Assembly: GCA_947476745.1 (NCBI GenBank)
Contig: CANJRG010000001.1
Span: 457,616 to 521,615 of the forward strand
Length of the DNA: 64,000 nt
DNA from: Acidimicrobiia bacterium
GTDB lineage: Bacteria > Actinomycetota > Acidimicrobiia > Acidimicrobiales > CAIXPF01
Direction of reading: 5' to 3'
Below, one piece after another: positions 26,038-35,345 of this stretch. The translations under genes and the position numbers were made by a program. Every line of letters starts with the position of its first letter. The first letter of the stretch is position 1. The notes under the pieces were generated by a model, which searched no databases, was not told the origin of the DNA, and saw nothing but the letters and a program-made list of their open reading frames with translations.

Positions 26038-29000
26038 CGCTCGAGCTTGGTCGGGCCGATGCCATGGCAGTGTGCCAGCAGCGCCAGTGTGGTGGGACGG
26101 CGGCGGGCGATGTCCTCCAACGCCCGGTCGGGAAGCACCAGGTAGGCCGCCACCGCGTCCTTCCGGGCCCGTTCGCGGCGCCACACCTTCAACGCATCGA
26201 CCGTGGCCTGGTGAACCCCGGCGGCCTCGGGCACGGCTCCGCCCCGACCGACGGCCGAGCGCGACGGCGGCCGACCCGCACCGGAGCTGGTGACCGGCCC
26301 ACCGGAGCCCGACGAGGCCCGCAGCTCGGGGGTGGCCGACAACGGCGGTGGCGATCCGGGCGCGTCGAGCTCGACCAGGAACGGGCTCGGCGCAGCGGCA
26401 TCGGCCACCACCACGGTTTGTCGGGACGACCTCGTCAGCCCGACGTGCAACACCCGGCGTTCCTCCTCGATGTCGGTGGCCAACCGGTGTGGCAGTAGAC
26501 CCTCGGAGGCATCGTGGACGATCACGTAGGGCCACTCCCGGCCCTTGACCCGGTGCACCGTGGCGAGCTGCACCCCGTCGGGGCTGGCCTGTCGCCCCGA
26601 CTCGGTCAGCTGCTGGCGCAGCCAGGCCCCGAACCCGGCAGGGTCGGGGTGGAGATGGGCCACCGCCTCGAGCGCCGCGAGGTCGTCGCCATGAGCCGAC
26701 CGGTCGACCGCACCCCGGGACCGGTCCAACGTGTCCATCGCCGCACCCAGACCGAGTTGCTCGGCGACGGCCCGCAACACCGTCGCGGTGTCGGCCCCCT
26801 TCGCCACCAGGGAACCGAGCAGGTCAACGTCGGCGGCGAACGCCTCGACCTTGTCGGCATCCTTCGGTGAACTCAGCCGTGTGGCCAGACGGCGAAGGCC
26901 CTCGAGGCTGCGCTGCTCGTCCATCCACTCCACCAGCCGGGGGGACAGACTGCGCGGCGGTCGTCGGGCAGCATCGGCGATCCAGCCCGGAACGAGCGCG
27001 GCCTCGGACCGGCCACCGGCGGCGGCGAGAGCCAGCCAGGCCAGCGCGGCGCGCACCCCCGAACGGGCCAGCAACGCGGTGTCCACCGGCGCCGTGGTGG
27101 GGATCCCGGCCGCGGCGAGGCGGAGCTGCACCGGTAGCAGGGTGACGTTCACCCGGGTGAGCACCGCCACCTCGCTCGGTGCCGCCCCGTCGTCGAGGAT
27201 CTGTCGGACCACCTCGCAGGTGGTGCCGGGTACATCGCTCACCGGCCGGACCACCAGGTCCTCCGGAGCGGCGGTGCGGCCGGGCGCCGGACGGATGTCC
27301 TTGTTGACCCGCTGACGGTTCCGGGTCAACAGGTTCGACGCCGCCTGCACCACCCCCGGCGGACAGCGGTAGTTGACCTCGAGCGGATGGTCACCGGCCC
27401 CGGGGAACCAACGGTCGAAGCGCACCAGCCAGTCCGGAGAGGCCCCCACGTAGCCGTAGATCGTCTGATCGTCGTCACCGACCCCGAAACAGTCGTACGC
27501 CGGGGACGACAGGAGCCGCACCAGCAGCAGGTGGGCGGGGGCCAGGTCCTGGAACTCGTCGACCAGCAGGACCCGGCAGGCCAGCTGCGCGGTGCGTCGC
27601 GCCGCGGGGTCCTGCAACAGCCGCTCGATGGCGGCGACGATCTGTTCGTCGAAGTCGAGCGCGCCACGACGAGCCAACTCCTCGCGGTAGCGGGGCACGA
27701 CCTCGGCGAGTCCGCCGACATCGCCGCCGAATGCTGCCTCGACCTCGGCTGGGTCGCGCAGGCCGAGGCGGACGGCGGAGAGGGCTTCGAGCCAGGGGGC
27801 CGCCGGGTCGGTCCCGGCGCGACGGCCGAAGCGGACCAACTTCTCCAGGATCCGGCGCACCTCGGTCTCGTCGATGGTCGACAACCGACGCCCGTCGGCC
27901 CGGGCCAGGAACGGACCACCGCCGTTGATGATGGCCAGCCCCAGGCTGTTCAACGTCCGGATGTGCAGGCGAGGCAGGTCCGGGGTGCGGGCCCGCATCT
28001 CCTCTGCGGCCCGTACGTTGAACGCCACCAGCGTGACCAACTCGGCCGGCACCCCTCGGCCCGCCAGCAGCAACCGGGCCCGTTCGGTGAGCACGCGGGT
28101 CTTGCCCGAACCGGCCGGAGCGATGATGCGGGCACCACCACCGGTATGGGCCACCGCGGCGAGCTGATCGGCCGCCAGATCAGCGACCGGATCGACGGCG
28201 GCGAGCGGTTCGAGCCGGCCGATGGCCAGCGCCGCCGCCGGCACCACCACCAGGGAACCCACTGCGTCGTGCGGGGTCAGCGGTCCGCCGTCGATCGCCG
28301 CCGGACGCCCGTCGGCCAGGACCACGTCCACCCCCGGCCGGTCACCCGGCGACGCCCCCAGGGCGACGGCAACCTCTGCCGGGCGGTACCGGGCGCCCAG
28401 CGGGTCGCGGGCGTCAACGGCATGTTGGCCCAGGAGCACGGCCAGGCGTTCGGCCCGGAACTCGAAACCGACCCCCACCGCCCACGGGGCGCGTTCGTCG
28501 CGTTCGGCCGCCCCGAAGGGATCGACCGAACCCGATGACGCATCGAGCTCCACCACGAAACGGCGCCGACCCACCCAGCAGGCCACCAGCTCCTCGAGCG
28601 GTGCGTCGGCGGCGAGCTGGCCCGTTACCCCGAAGGCCAGCCGGAACACCGCAGCCTCGGCCCACGGCCCGGGCGGGGCCACCCCGGCGAGGACCACCAG
28701 CCCTCGGCCGAGCTCGTCGGGCCCGGCCCAGTCGACTGCCGGGCGAGGCAACGGCTCCGTCGACGGGTCGCTGCCCGACAACGGTCGACCCGCGGCTCGA
28801 CCCACCGGTCGACCCACCGGTCGACCCACCGGTCGACCCACCGGTCGACCCGACGCGGCGGCCGGGCCGGCCGGGCCGCGACGCAACGATGCGGCCCGCT
28901 CGGCCCGCCCGCCGGAGGGTGCCCCCGTGCGATCGGGCAACGCCGGCAGGTCGAGGACCGCATCGGCCCATGCGGGTTCCTCGACATCGGCAAAACGATC

Positions 29001-29138
29001 GAGTTCGTCCCACCGGGCCGCATCGGCAGCCCGGTCGTCGTCCCCCACCGGCGTCGACGGCCTCTCGGTGAAGCAGCGCCGCACCTCGGCCGCGCTGGCA
29101 TGTGACGCTCCACAGTTCCCGCAGCTGATCTGGGCCAT
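25995..29138 (-). CDS. UvrD/PcrA-family DNA helicase with about 320-aa N-terminal extension and C-terminal HRDC domain
   Basis: Walker A APAGSGKT, DEFQD (LLVDEFQDLAP), and late motifs VATVHRVKGREW and VGLTRS. HRDC-like tail LKVWRRERARKDAVAAYLVLPDRALEDIA. ATG 29138 (MAQISCGNCG) has an AGGAA RBS. Confidence 0.85.
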   Translation of the reverse strand: MAQISCGNCGASHASAAEVRRCFTERPSTPVGDDDRAADAARWDELDRFADVEEPAWADAVLDLPALPDRTGAPSGGRAERAASLRRGPAGPAAASGRPVGRPVGRPVGRPVGRAAGRPLSGSDPSTEPLPRPAVDWAGPDELGRGLVVLAGVAPPGPWAEAAVFRLAFGVTGQLAADAPLEELVACWVGRRRFVVELDASSGSVDPFGAAERDERAPWAVGVGFEFRAERLAVLLGQHAVDARDPLGARYRPAEVAVALGASPGDRPGVDVVLADGRPAAIDGGPLTPHDAVGSLVVVPAAALAIGRLEPLAAVDPVADLAADQLAAVAHTGGGARIIAPAGSGKTRVLTERARLLLAGRGVPAELVTLVAFNVRAAEEMRARTPDLPRLHIRTLNSLGLAIINGGGPFLARADGRRLSTIDETEVRRILEKLVRFGRRAGTDPAAPWLEALSAVRLGLRDPAEVEAAFGGDVGGLAEVVPRYREELARRGALDFDEQIVAAIERLLQDPAARRTAQLACRVLLVDEFQDLAPAHLLLVRLLSSPAYDCFGVGDDDQTIYGYVGASPDWLVRFDRWFPGAGDHPLEVNYRCPPGVVQAASNLLTRNRQRVNKDIRPAPGRTAAPEDLVVRPVSDVPGTTCEVVRQILDDGAAPSEVAVLTRVNVTLLPVQLRLAAAGIPTTAPVDTALLARSGVRAALAWLALAAAGGRSEAALVPGWIADAARRPPRSLSPRLVEWMDEQRSLEGLRRLATRLSSPKDADKVEAFAADVDLLGSLVAKGADTATVLRAVAEQLGLGAAMDTLDRSRGAVDRSAHGDDLAALEAVAHLHPDPAGFGAWLRQQLTESGRQASPDGVQLATVHRVKGREWPYVIVHDASEGLLPHRLATDIEEERRVLHVGLTRSSRQTVVVADAAAPSPFLVELDAPGSPPPLSATPELRASSGSGGPVTSSGAGRPPSRSAVGRGGAVPEAAGVHQATVDALKVWRRERARKDAVAAYLVLPDRALEDIARRRPTTLALLAHCHGIGPTKLERYGDEVLAVVDSQR
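28797..28852 (-). repeat. 12-bp tandem repeat x4+ (tcgacccaccgg) encoding (GRPV)n in the helicase N-terminal extension
   Basis: Units at 28797-28808, 28809-28820, 28821-28832 and 28833-28844, plus a partial unit. Confidence 0.9.
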
Positions 29139-29265
29139 CGGAAGGTTCCTAGCACGGGGGGTAGGACAGCATCCGCCATGCGCGTGCCGTCGGCCGATGC
29201 GGCGCCCATCCCCACGACAGGGCAAGCCGGTCAACCGCACGACGCCGACAGCCGAAAACCGGTCG

Positions 29266-29688
29266 ATGCCCCCGGAGTTCGGCCCCCACGACACCCTCAG
29301 TCCGACCGAGGCACACGCGTGGCGCATCATCGAACGTCGCCTCCGCATCGACCTTCCGGTCCGCCGCATCGAGCGTCGCGCCCACCTGCGCGCCGACCGA
29401 GTACTCCGCCTGGCGATCCGCTGCGTGCCCGGCGGCCTCCTCCTCGCCTTTCTGGCCTGGTACAGCCCCGAGCTGCTGGTGGCCGTCGGATCCTGTGTCG
29501 CCGTGGCCGGGCTCGTCACGGCGACGGTGCGTGCGGCGGCCCTCGTGCGCCCCGAACGTCTGCACCGTGCCGGTCGCTCCCCGAGCCCTCGGGAACAGCG
29601 TCCACGGAGCGGACCACGTGTCGGCGCAGAGCACAGCCGGGGGTATGACCAGCGACGCGGAAAGCGGCGTCGCTACTGGCACCGCTGA
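29266..29688 (+). CDS. small membrane protein, DUF3040-like
   Basis: LSPTEAHAWRIIERRL resembles the DUF3040 N-terminal helix and is followed by two hydrophobic segments. Divergent from the helicase gene. Confidence 0.4.
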   Translation: MPPEFGPHDTLSPTEAHAWRIIERRLRIDLPVRRIERRAHLRADRVLRLAIRCVPGGLLLAFLAWYSPELLVAVGSCVAVAGLVTATVRAAALVRPERLHRAGRSPSPREQRPRSGPRVGAEHSRGYDQRRGKRRRYWHR

Positions 29689-29695
29689 GCACGCG

Positions 29696-29725
29696 CCGGT
29701 TCCGGTGCCGGTGCCGGTGCCGGTG
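29696..29725. repeat. hexanucleotide repeat (ccggtg/ccggtt) x5
   Basis: Read directly, just downstream of the 29688 stop. Confidence 0.85.
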
Positions 29726-29795
29726 GGACGCCACCGCACCGACCGGACCACCGGCATCGCGCCGGCCGCGGTAGGTTGACCCCGAAGGGGGTCCG

Positions 29796-30251
29796 ATGGC
29801 GATCAAAGACGTATTCCATGTCAACGTGAACTGCACCGACCTCGACCGGTCCCGCGCCTTCTACGAGAAGGTCGGGTTCAAGGTCGTGACCGAGCTGGGC
29901 GTCGGCGGTTCGCCGAGCATGCTGACCGGGCTCGACCTGCCGGCCGACGGCAAGGCCCGGGCGGTGCTGATGATGCTCGAGCCGGACAAGCCGCGGGGCA
30001 CCCGAATCGACCTGATCGAGTGGATCAACCCACCCACCTCGGGCAGCACCCCGCCGACGCTGAACCACGTCGGCATGGCCCGCATGGCCCTGTGGACGAT
30101 CGGGATCGATGCCGAGTACGAACGGCTGAAGGCGGAGGGCATCGAGTTCATGTCGCCGCCGGTGCAGATGGGCCCGACGGTGCGCTTCTGCTGCTTCCGC
30201 GACCCCGACGGCACGGTGTTGGAGCTGATCGACTTCGGGGGCGGGCGATGA
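29796..30251 (+). CDS. VOC/glyoxalase family protein
   Basis: FHVNVNCTDLDRSRAFYEKVGF and FRDPDGTVLELI are typical of the paired beta-alpha-beta-beta-beta fold. RBS gaaggggg. Confidence 0.85.
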   Translation: MAIKDVFHVNVNCTDLDRSRAFYEKVGFKVVTELGVGGSPSMLTGLDLPADGKARAVLMMLEPDKPRGTRIDLIEWINPPTSGSTPPTLNHVGMARMALWTIGIDAEYERLKAEGIEFMSPPVQMGPTVRFCCFRDPDGTVLELIDFGGGR

Positions 30252-31441
30252 GCCTGCGCGGCTCGGCCGCCGTGGTGGGCGTCGCCGAGCTGAAGCCGAC
30301 CCGGTGGACCGACAACGTGTCCACCATCGACCTGTTCACCCGGGTGGGCCTACAGGCCATTGCCGATGCCGGGCTCGAACTGTCCGACATCGACGGCCTC
30401 GTCGCCCACCCCATGGCCGGTGTCCCCATGCTGGTGCCGTCCACGCTGATCGAGTCGATGGGCCTGCGCTGCAGCTTCGCCTCGACCGTCGACCTCGGCG
30501 GCGCCACCGGCGCGGCGATGGTGTGGCGTGCCGCTGCGGCCATCGCCGCGGGCCAGGCCAACGCGGTGTTGTGCGTGACGGCCTCCCGCCGCCAGCGCCG
30601 CACCCCCACACCGGGGCCGAAGCGCCCGAGCGGATCGGGCGGGGTCGGGGGCAAAGACACCTCCGCCTGGGCCGAGTTCGAGGTGCCCTTCGGCAACGTC
30701 GGGGCCAACATCGGCTACGCCATGATCGCCCAGCGTTACCTGCACGAGCACCAGGCGACACCGGAGCAACTGGCCAAGATCGCCGTCCACCAGCGCGACA
30801 ACGCCTGCGCCAACCCCGATGCCTGGTTCTACGGCGAGCCGATCACCATCGACGACGTCCTGGACTCGCCGATGGTGGCCGACCCACTGCACCTGCTGGA
30901 GATCGTGATGCCCTCCGGCGGCGGCGCCGCGCTGGTGGTGGTCAGCCCCGAACTGGCCCGCAAGCTCGACCGGCCGAAGGCCTGGCTGCTCGGCGCCGGC
31001 GAGTGCACCACCCACAAGACCATCACCTACGCCCCCAGCCTGATGGACACCGCCATCAAGCCCGCCGCCGACCGGGCCTTCGCCCAGGCCGGCGTCACCC
31101 GAGACCAGATCGGCCTGGCGTCGCTCTACGACTGCTACACCATCACCGTGCTGGTCACCCTGGAGGAGGCCGGTTTCTGCGCACGGGGGGCGGGGGGCCG
31201 TTTCATCGACGAGCACGACCTGCGCTTCAACGGCGACTTCCCGCTCAACACCCACGGCGGGCAGCTCAGCTTCTCCCAACCGGGACTGGCCGGCGGGATG
31301 AGCCACGTTACCGAGGCCGTGCGGCAGATCCAGCAGCGTGGCGGCGACCGTCAGATCAAGGACCTGTCCTTCGCCTTCGTGAACGGCAACGGCGGGATCA
31401 TGTCCGAGGAGTGCGCGCTGATCCTGGGGGTGGAGCCGTGA
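30248..31441 (+). CDS. thiolase-like protein (SCP-x/Ltp type)
   Basis: Thiolase-fold pattern ending with NTHGGQLS and GNGG. The usual nucleophile Cys region reads VDLGGATGAA, so aldolase-like (Ltp2-type) chemistry is possible. Overlaps both neighbours. Confidence 0.8.
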   Translation: MSLRGSAAVVGVAELKPTRWTDNVSTIDLFTRVGLQAIADAGLELSDIDGLVAHPMAGVPMLVPSTLIESMGLRCSFASTVDLGGATGAAMVWRAAAAIAAGQANAVLCVTASRRQRRTPTPGPKRPSGSGGVGGKDTSAWAEFEVPFGNVGANIGYAMIAQRYLHEHQATPEQLAKIAVHQRDNACANPDAWFYGEPITIDDVLDSPMVADPLHLLEIVMPSGGGAALVVVSPELARKLDRPKAWLLGAGECTTHKTITYAPSLMDTAIKPAADRAFAQAGVTRDQIGLASLYDCYTITVLVTLEEAGFCARGAGGRFIDEHDLRFNGDFPLNTHGGQLSFSQPGLAGGMSHVTEAVRQIQQRGGDRQIKDLSFAFVNGNGGIMSEECALILGVEP

Positions 31442-31842
31442 GCCATCCCCGTCCTGGCCGACCGTCGGTGGTGACCCGCCCGTTCTGGGAGGCGACCGCC
31501 GAAGGCCGTTTCCTCATCCAACGCTGTGCCGGTTGTGGCACGGCGATCTTCTACCCCCGTCCCGCCTGCCCCCACTGCGGCGGCGGCGAACTGGCCTGGG
31601 AGGCCGCGTCGGGTGCCGCCACCGTGCACACCTTCAGCATCGCCCGCCGGCCCACCCACCCGAAGTTCACCGGTGACGAGCCTTACGTGGTGGCCATCGT
31701 GGAACTGGCGGAGGGCCCGCACGTCACCACCAACATCGTCGAGTGCGATCCCGACGACGTTCAGATCGGTATGGCCGTACAGCTGGTGTTCGACGAGGTC
31801 GGCGACGACGGCTACGCCCTGCCGTTCTTCCGGCCCGCCTGA
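31438..31842 (+). CDS. Zn-ribbon/OB-fold protein (DUF35 family), thiolase partner
   Basis: CAGCGTAIFYPRPACPHCGG zinc ribbon followed by an OB-fold segment. The GTG start overlaps the thiolase-like stop. Confidence 0.85.
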   Translation: MSHPRPGRPSVVTRPFWEATAEGRFLIQRCAGCGTAIFYPRPACPHCGGGELAWEAASGAATVHTFSIARRPTHPKFTGDEPYVVAIVELAEGPHVTTNIVECDPDDVQIGMAVQLVFDEVGDDGYALPFFRPA

Positions 31843-31974
31843 GCCGGCAGCCCGCACCACCCGGACACCACCCGGACAGAACGCACACCCGGTTCGGCCC
31901 GGCAGTCCCCGAGGCTGCCGGGCCGAACTGCGCCTGCAGGCCGTTGCACCCGCCGCCGGGCCGCACGGCGTCGG

Positions 31975-34290
31975 TCAGTAGAACACCACGAGCGTGGCCG
32001 CCACGAGCAGAGTGAGGATGCCCGGCCAGTACAGCAACTCGGGCAGCAGGTTCTTGCGCCAGTGCACGAAACGCCCGCCCCGGCCGGTGCCGAAAACCAG
32101 CGAGTTCACCGCGACCAGCAGCAGCGCCACGTAGAGCACGAAGTAGGCATAGTCCAGGTACACGATCTCGGTGGCGTCGATCGTGCTGCGCAGGTTGTTG
32201 TGGGCGAGGATCGTCACGAACATCAACGCCAGCACCGAGGTGAGCGTCGCCTGCACGTAGTAGTTGCCCCCGGCGGGTTCGGTCACCTCGTCATCGGACC
32301 ACGAGTGGGTCATCGGGTGCTCGGCAGCCCACAGCCTCGCTGCCATTCCCTTGGGCAGCGTCCGGGGTGAGATCACCATCGAGAACTCCGCCGGCCGGGT
32401 GGCCATCAGGTGGACGGTGAACAGCAGCAGCATGATCACGACCAGCTGGATCATCTGCGAGATGAACGGGTCGAGGAACTTTCGCGTCATGTGCACGGTG
32501 AAGGTGAGCTCGGGAAAACCCGACTGACGGGCGAAGTTGGGGATGCCCATGGTCGAGTTGATGCTGGTCGTCGAGTAGCCGAACTCGCTGCCGGTGATCT
32601 CGAAATCGTCCGGCTTGATCCCGGGGGACAGGCCCGGGCGGGCGATGGGGACGATCAGCTCGTACTCTGCCACGTCGGGAACCAGCACGATGGGCCGGGA
32701 GACCTCCCGGTGCGCCAGCCGCAACTGTAGTTCCATGCGGTCGAGCGGGTACGCCCCAAGGTCCCTCTCCGGCTGGACCGTCACCGTGAAGTTCCAGGCG
32801 ATCGTCCTGGTGTCGCCGTCCTGGACGTCGTAGAACGGCTCGAACTGGGGCGTGTCGACCGCATCGGGGAACTCGAAACCCGGCACCTCACCCTCGGGAA
32901 CCCCGTTGGCGTAGCGCTGCCAGATCGTGCCCGACAACCGCCACCCGTCCCCGCTGCTCTGGCCCGGTTCGATGGCCTGCAAGAAGACCCCGGCCAACAC
33001 CGTATGCGGCTTGAGATCGGCCGACACCGACGACACGTAACTGAAGTAGTCGTCGATGGTCTCGCTCAGCTGCTCGAGCCCACCGGCGACCTCGAACTCA
33101 CCGGAGTTCGAGGTATGGACCAGTTCGCTGACGGTGAAATCTGCCGACGAGTCCTTGTGCAACTTCCACGTGACACCGATGGCGACGGCCGGCGTCAACG
33201 TGACGACGAGCACGATCACCCAGATCCGCGCCGTCTCACGCAGGGTGACCAACGCCAGAGCGATGAGTAGGCAGGCGAGGCCGTTGACCGCGGCGAAAAA
33301 GATGCCGAGGTGGTAGTGGAAGGCGGTACGGTCCCCGGCCAGTATCACCTTCTTGATCACCACGAAGCCCAGCACCCAGTCCGCAGTCGGGATCCGGGCG
33401 TAGAACAGCCACGCTGGCTCCCCGGTTATCTCGTCGTGGTAGTCGAACACCGTGTCGGCGTCGGGGTTGGCCGGGTCGAGAATCGCGGTCGCGGCCTCGT
33501 TGCCGTTCTCGGCGGCGACCTCGGCGAAGGTCGGCACGTCCGCGCCGCGCCAGTACGTCTTGATCGGGTGGGTGACGAAGCCACCGTTCTGGTTGGCCGA
33601 GGGATGCGCCGAGTACGAACCACTACGCGAGAGCACGAACCCGTACCCCGAGGCACCGAGCTCGGACCAGCCGACGCTGCGGTTGAGGGTGTCGAGCTGC
33701 ATCGAGATGATGATCGCCCCGGCCGGACCGCCGCCGGGAGGGGCCTCGGGGCCGTAGAAGCGTCCGGTGTAGACCGCGACCATCCGTTTCGTGGTGCCAC
33801 CGAGGTACGGCGGCACCCACGTACTGCCCACCTCCATCGCCCGACGCCACCAGTGGCCCTTGGGTTCGGCCGGATTCTCGTAGTCGTAGGTGATCTTGCC
33901 CGGCTTGATGACGCCGCCGGGCCGGGTGTCGTAATGGTTCGCATCGGCCGGAGCCGTCGGCAGACGGCGGTCGTAAGTGATGCCGACGCCCCACAGGTTG
34001 GGCTGCGCCTGCAGCAGGGCCTGGGTGGCCTTGCCGGCGTTCGACGAGTTGACCTCGCCGCTGTTCAACTGCTCGAGCAGCCGGTTCCCGGCGTCCTGGA
34101 CCCCGTTCAGCAGCTGGTCCACGGACTTCGCGGCGTCCTGAGCCTGGACCCTGGCGCGCTCTTGTGCCTGTTCGACGTAGAGCTTCTCATGATCTCGGGA
34201 AGCCAGGATCAACTGGCCCGCGACCAGAAGTGAGACAACCCCGAACGCGATGAAGAGCAGCACCGCGTAGCGTGCTCTCAGACGCAACAC
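31975..34290 (-). CDS. membrane protein: N-terminal double-Cache sensor fused to a pentameric ligand-gated ion channel (pLGIC)-like module
   Basis: TM1 spans aa 8-28. The Cache-like region (aa 30-320) contains WWRRAMEVGSTWVPPYLGGTTKRMVAVYTGRFY, GAIIISMQLDTL and GYGFVLSRSGSYSAHP. Two TM helices span aa 325-378. The pLGIC-like extracellular domain contains YPLDRMELQLRLAH (compare GLIC YPFDSQTLHIYL) and LTFTVHMTRKF pre-M1. Four C-terminal TM helices follow, with an M2-M3 pattern ATLTSVLALMFVTILAHNNL...YLDYAYFVLYV. Confidence 0.65.
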   Translation of the reverse strand: MLRLRARYAVLLFIAFGVVSLLVAGQLILASRDHEKLYVEQAQERARVQAQDAAKSVDQLLNGVQDAGNRLLEQLNSGEVNSSNAGKATQALLQAQPNLWGVGITYDRRLPTAPADANHYDTRPGGVIKPGKITYDYENPAEPKGHWWRRAMEVGSTWVPPYLGGTTKRMVAVYTGRFYGPEAPPGGGPAGAIIISMQLDTLNRSVGWSELGASGYGFVLSRSGSYSAHPSANQNGGFVTHPIKTYWRGADVPTFAEVAAENGNEAATAILDPANPDADTVFDYHDEITGEPAWLFYARIPTADWVLGFVVIKKVILAGDRTAFHYHLGIFFAAVNGLACLLIALALVTLRETARIWVIVLVVTLTPAVAIGVTWKLHKDSSADFTVSELVHTSNSGEFEVAGGLEQLSETIDDYFSYVSSVSADLKPHTVLAGVFLQAIEPGQSSGDGWRLSGTIWQRYANGVPEGEVPGFEFPDAVDTPQFEPFYDVQDGDTRTIAWNFTVTVQPERDLGAYPLDRMELQLRLAHREVSRPIVLVPDVAEYELIVPIARPGLSPGIKPDDFEITGSEFGYSTTSINSTMGIPNFARQSGFPELTFTVHMTRKFLDPFISQMIQLVVIMLLLFTVHLMATRPAEFSMVISPRTLPKGMAARLWAAEHPMTHSWSDDEVTEPAGGNYYVQATLTSVLALMFVTILAHNNLRSTIDATEIVYLDYAYFVLYVALLLVAVNSLVFGTGRGGRFVHWRKNLLPELLYWPGILTLLVAATLVVFY

Positions 34291-34323
34291 GAACCCGTTA
34301 TCCCCGCAGGATCCGGGCCGTCA

Positions 34324-35205
34324 TCAGGCCGATCGCGCCACGTCGAACAGCCGGCTCCGATCCTCGCCCCGCTCGAACACCAGGACCGGATCGGGGCCCT
34401 GCAGGATCCGCTCGGTCACGCTGCTGAGGGCGAAGCGGGTGAACCCGGTGCGACCCCGCGAGGCGATGATCACCAGATCGACCGGGTGGGTGTCGAGGTG
34501 TTCGACAATGCTGTCGGCGGCGTTGCCGATGACCACGTTGGTGTTGACCTTCAGGCCGGGGAACGCCTCCGCCACCCGGGCGAGGTAGGTGTTGGCCGAC
34601 TCGAGCACGCCGGGCATCAGGTCCGCCCCGACGCCGGTGTCGCCCACGACCATGCCCGAGGTGACCGAAACCGCCTGGATCAGATCGACCTCGGCCCCGA
34701 CGAGGTTCGCCAGATGACGGGCGATCGGCAGCGACTCCTCGGAGAGGTCCGAACCGTCCACCGGCACCAGGATGCGCTTGAGCGAGTAGGTCGCCATGTC
34801 GATGTCGACGTTGGGACCCACCACCAGGCGGGGGCACAGGGCGTTCTTGATCAGCTTGTCCGAGACGCTGCCGAGACGGATCCGCTCGAGGCCGGTGCGG
34901 CCGTGGGTGGCGAGCAGGATCAGGTCGACGTCGGTCTTGCTCGCTGCCTCGAGGATGAGGTCCACCGGGTCGCCCTCGGCGATCACGGTCTCGACCTGCC
35001 AACCTGCGGCGGTGGCGGTGGCGGCGTGCGCCGCCAGGTAGTCGACGAACCCAGCGGCCGTCCGCGTCTTCAGGTTCTTGGGGCTGTCGACGCTGACGAA
35101 ACGCAACTTCGAAAAGCCGATGGTACGCAGCATCGGCAACACGAGCAACGCGTCCTCGGAAGTCTCGTCCCCGTCGAGAGGCAGCAGAACGGTGTAATCC
35201 GACAT
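34324..35205 (-). CDS. universal stress protein, tandem Usp domains
   Basis: Two Usp-like halves, each ending with a G-x2-G-x9-GS type motif (ATHGRTGLERIRLGSVS; ASRGRTGFTRFALSSVT). Confidence 0.85.
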   Translation of the reverse strand: MSDYTVLLPLDGDETSEDALLVLPMLRTIGFSKLRFVSVDSPKNLKTRTAAGFVDYLAAHAATATAAGWQVETVIAEGDPVDLILEAASKTDVDLILLATHGRTGLERIRLGSVSDKLIKNALCPRLVVGPNVDIDMATYSLKRILVPVDGSDLSEESLPIARHLANLVGAEVDLIQAVSVTSGMVVGDTGVGADLMPGVLESANTYLARVAEAFPGLKVNTNVVIGNAADSIVEHLDTHPVDLVIIASRGRTGFTRFALSSVTERILQGPDPVLVFERGEDRSRLFDVARSA

Positions 35206-35345
35206 TGAGGGCTCGTTTCTCTGTAGGCCGATGCCGAACCTTACCGCGGCCCGCGCCCGGCTACATGGCGGCCGGTGACGCCTCCGACCATCCTCGCCAC
35301 CGTCGCCGTGAGTAGTTTGGGCTGGTCACGACCCAGGAGAACGCC

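Noticed and set aside
29516-29836. A minus-strand ORF with an (HR)n stretch, and the plus-strand Pro/Val repeat, both encoded by the ccggtg hexanucleotide repeat.
   Set aside because: This is a repeat-generated low-complexity translation, with no start context and a short length. It sits in the spacer between two better-supported plus-strand genes.
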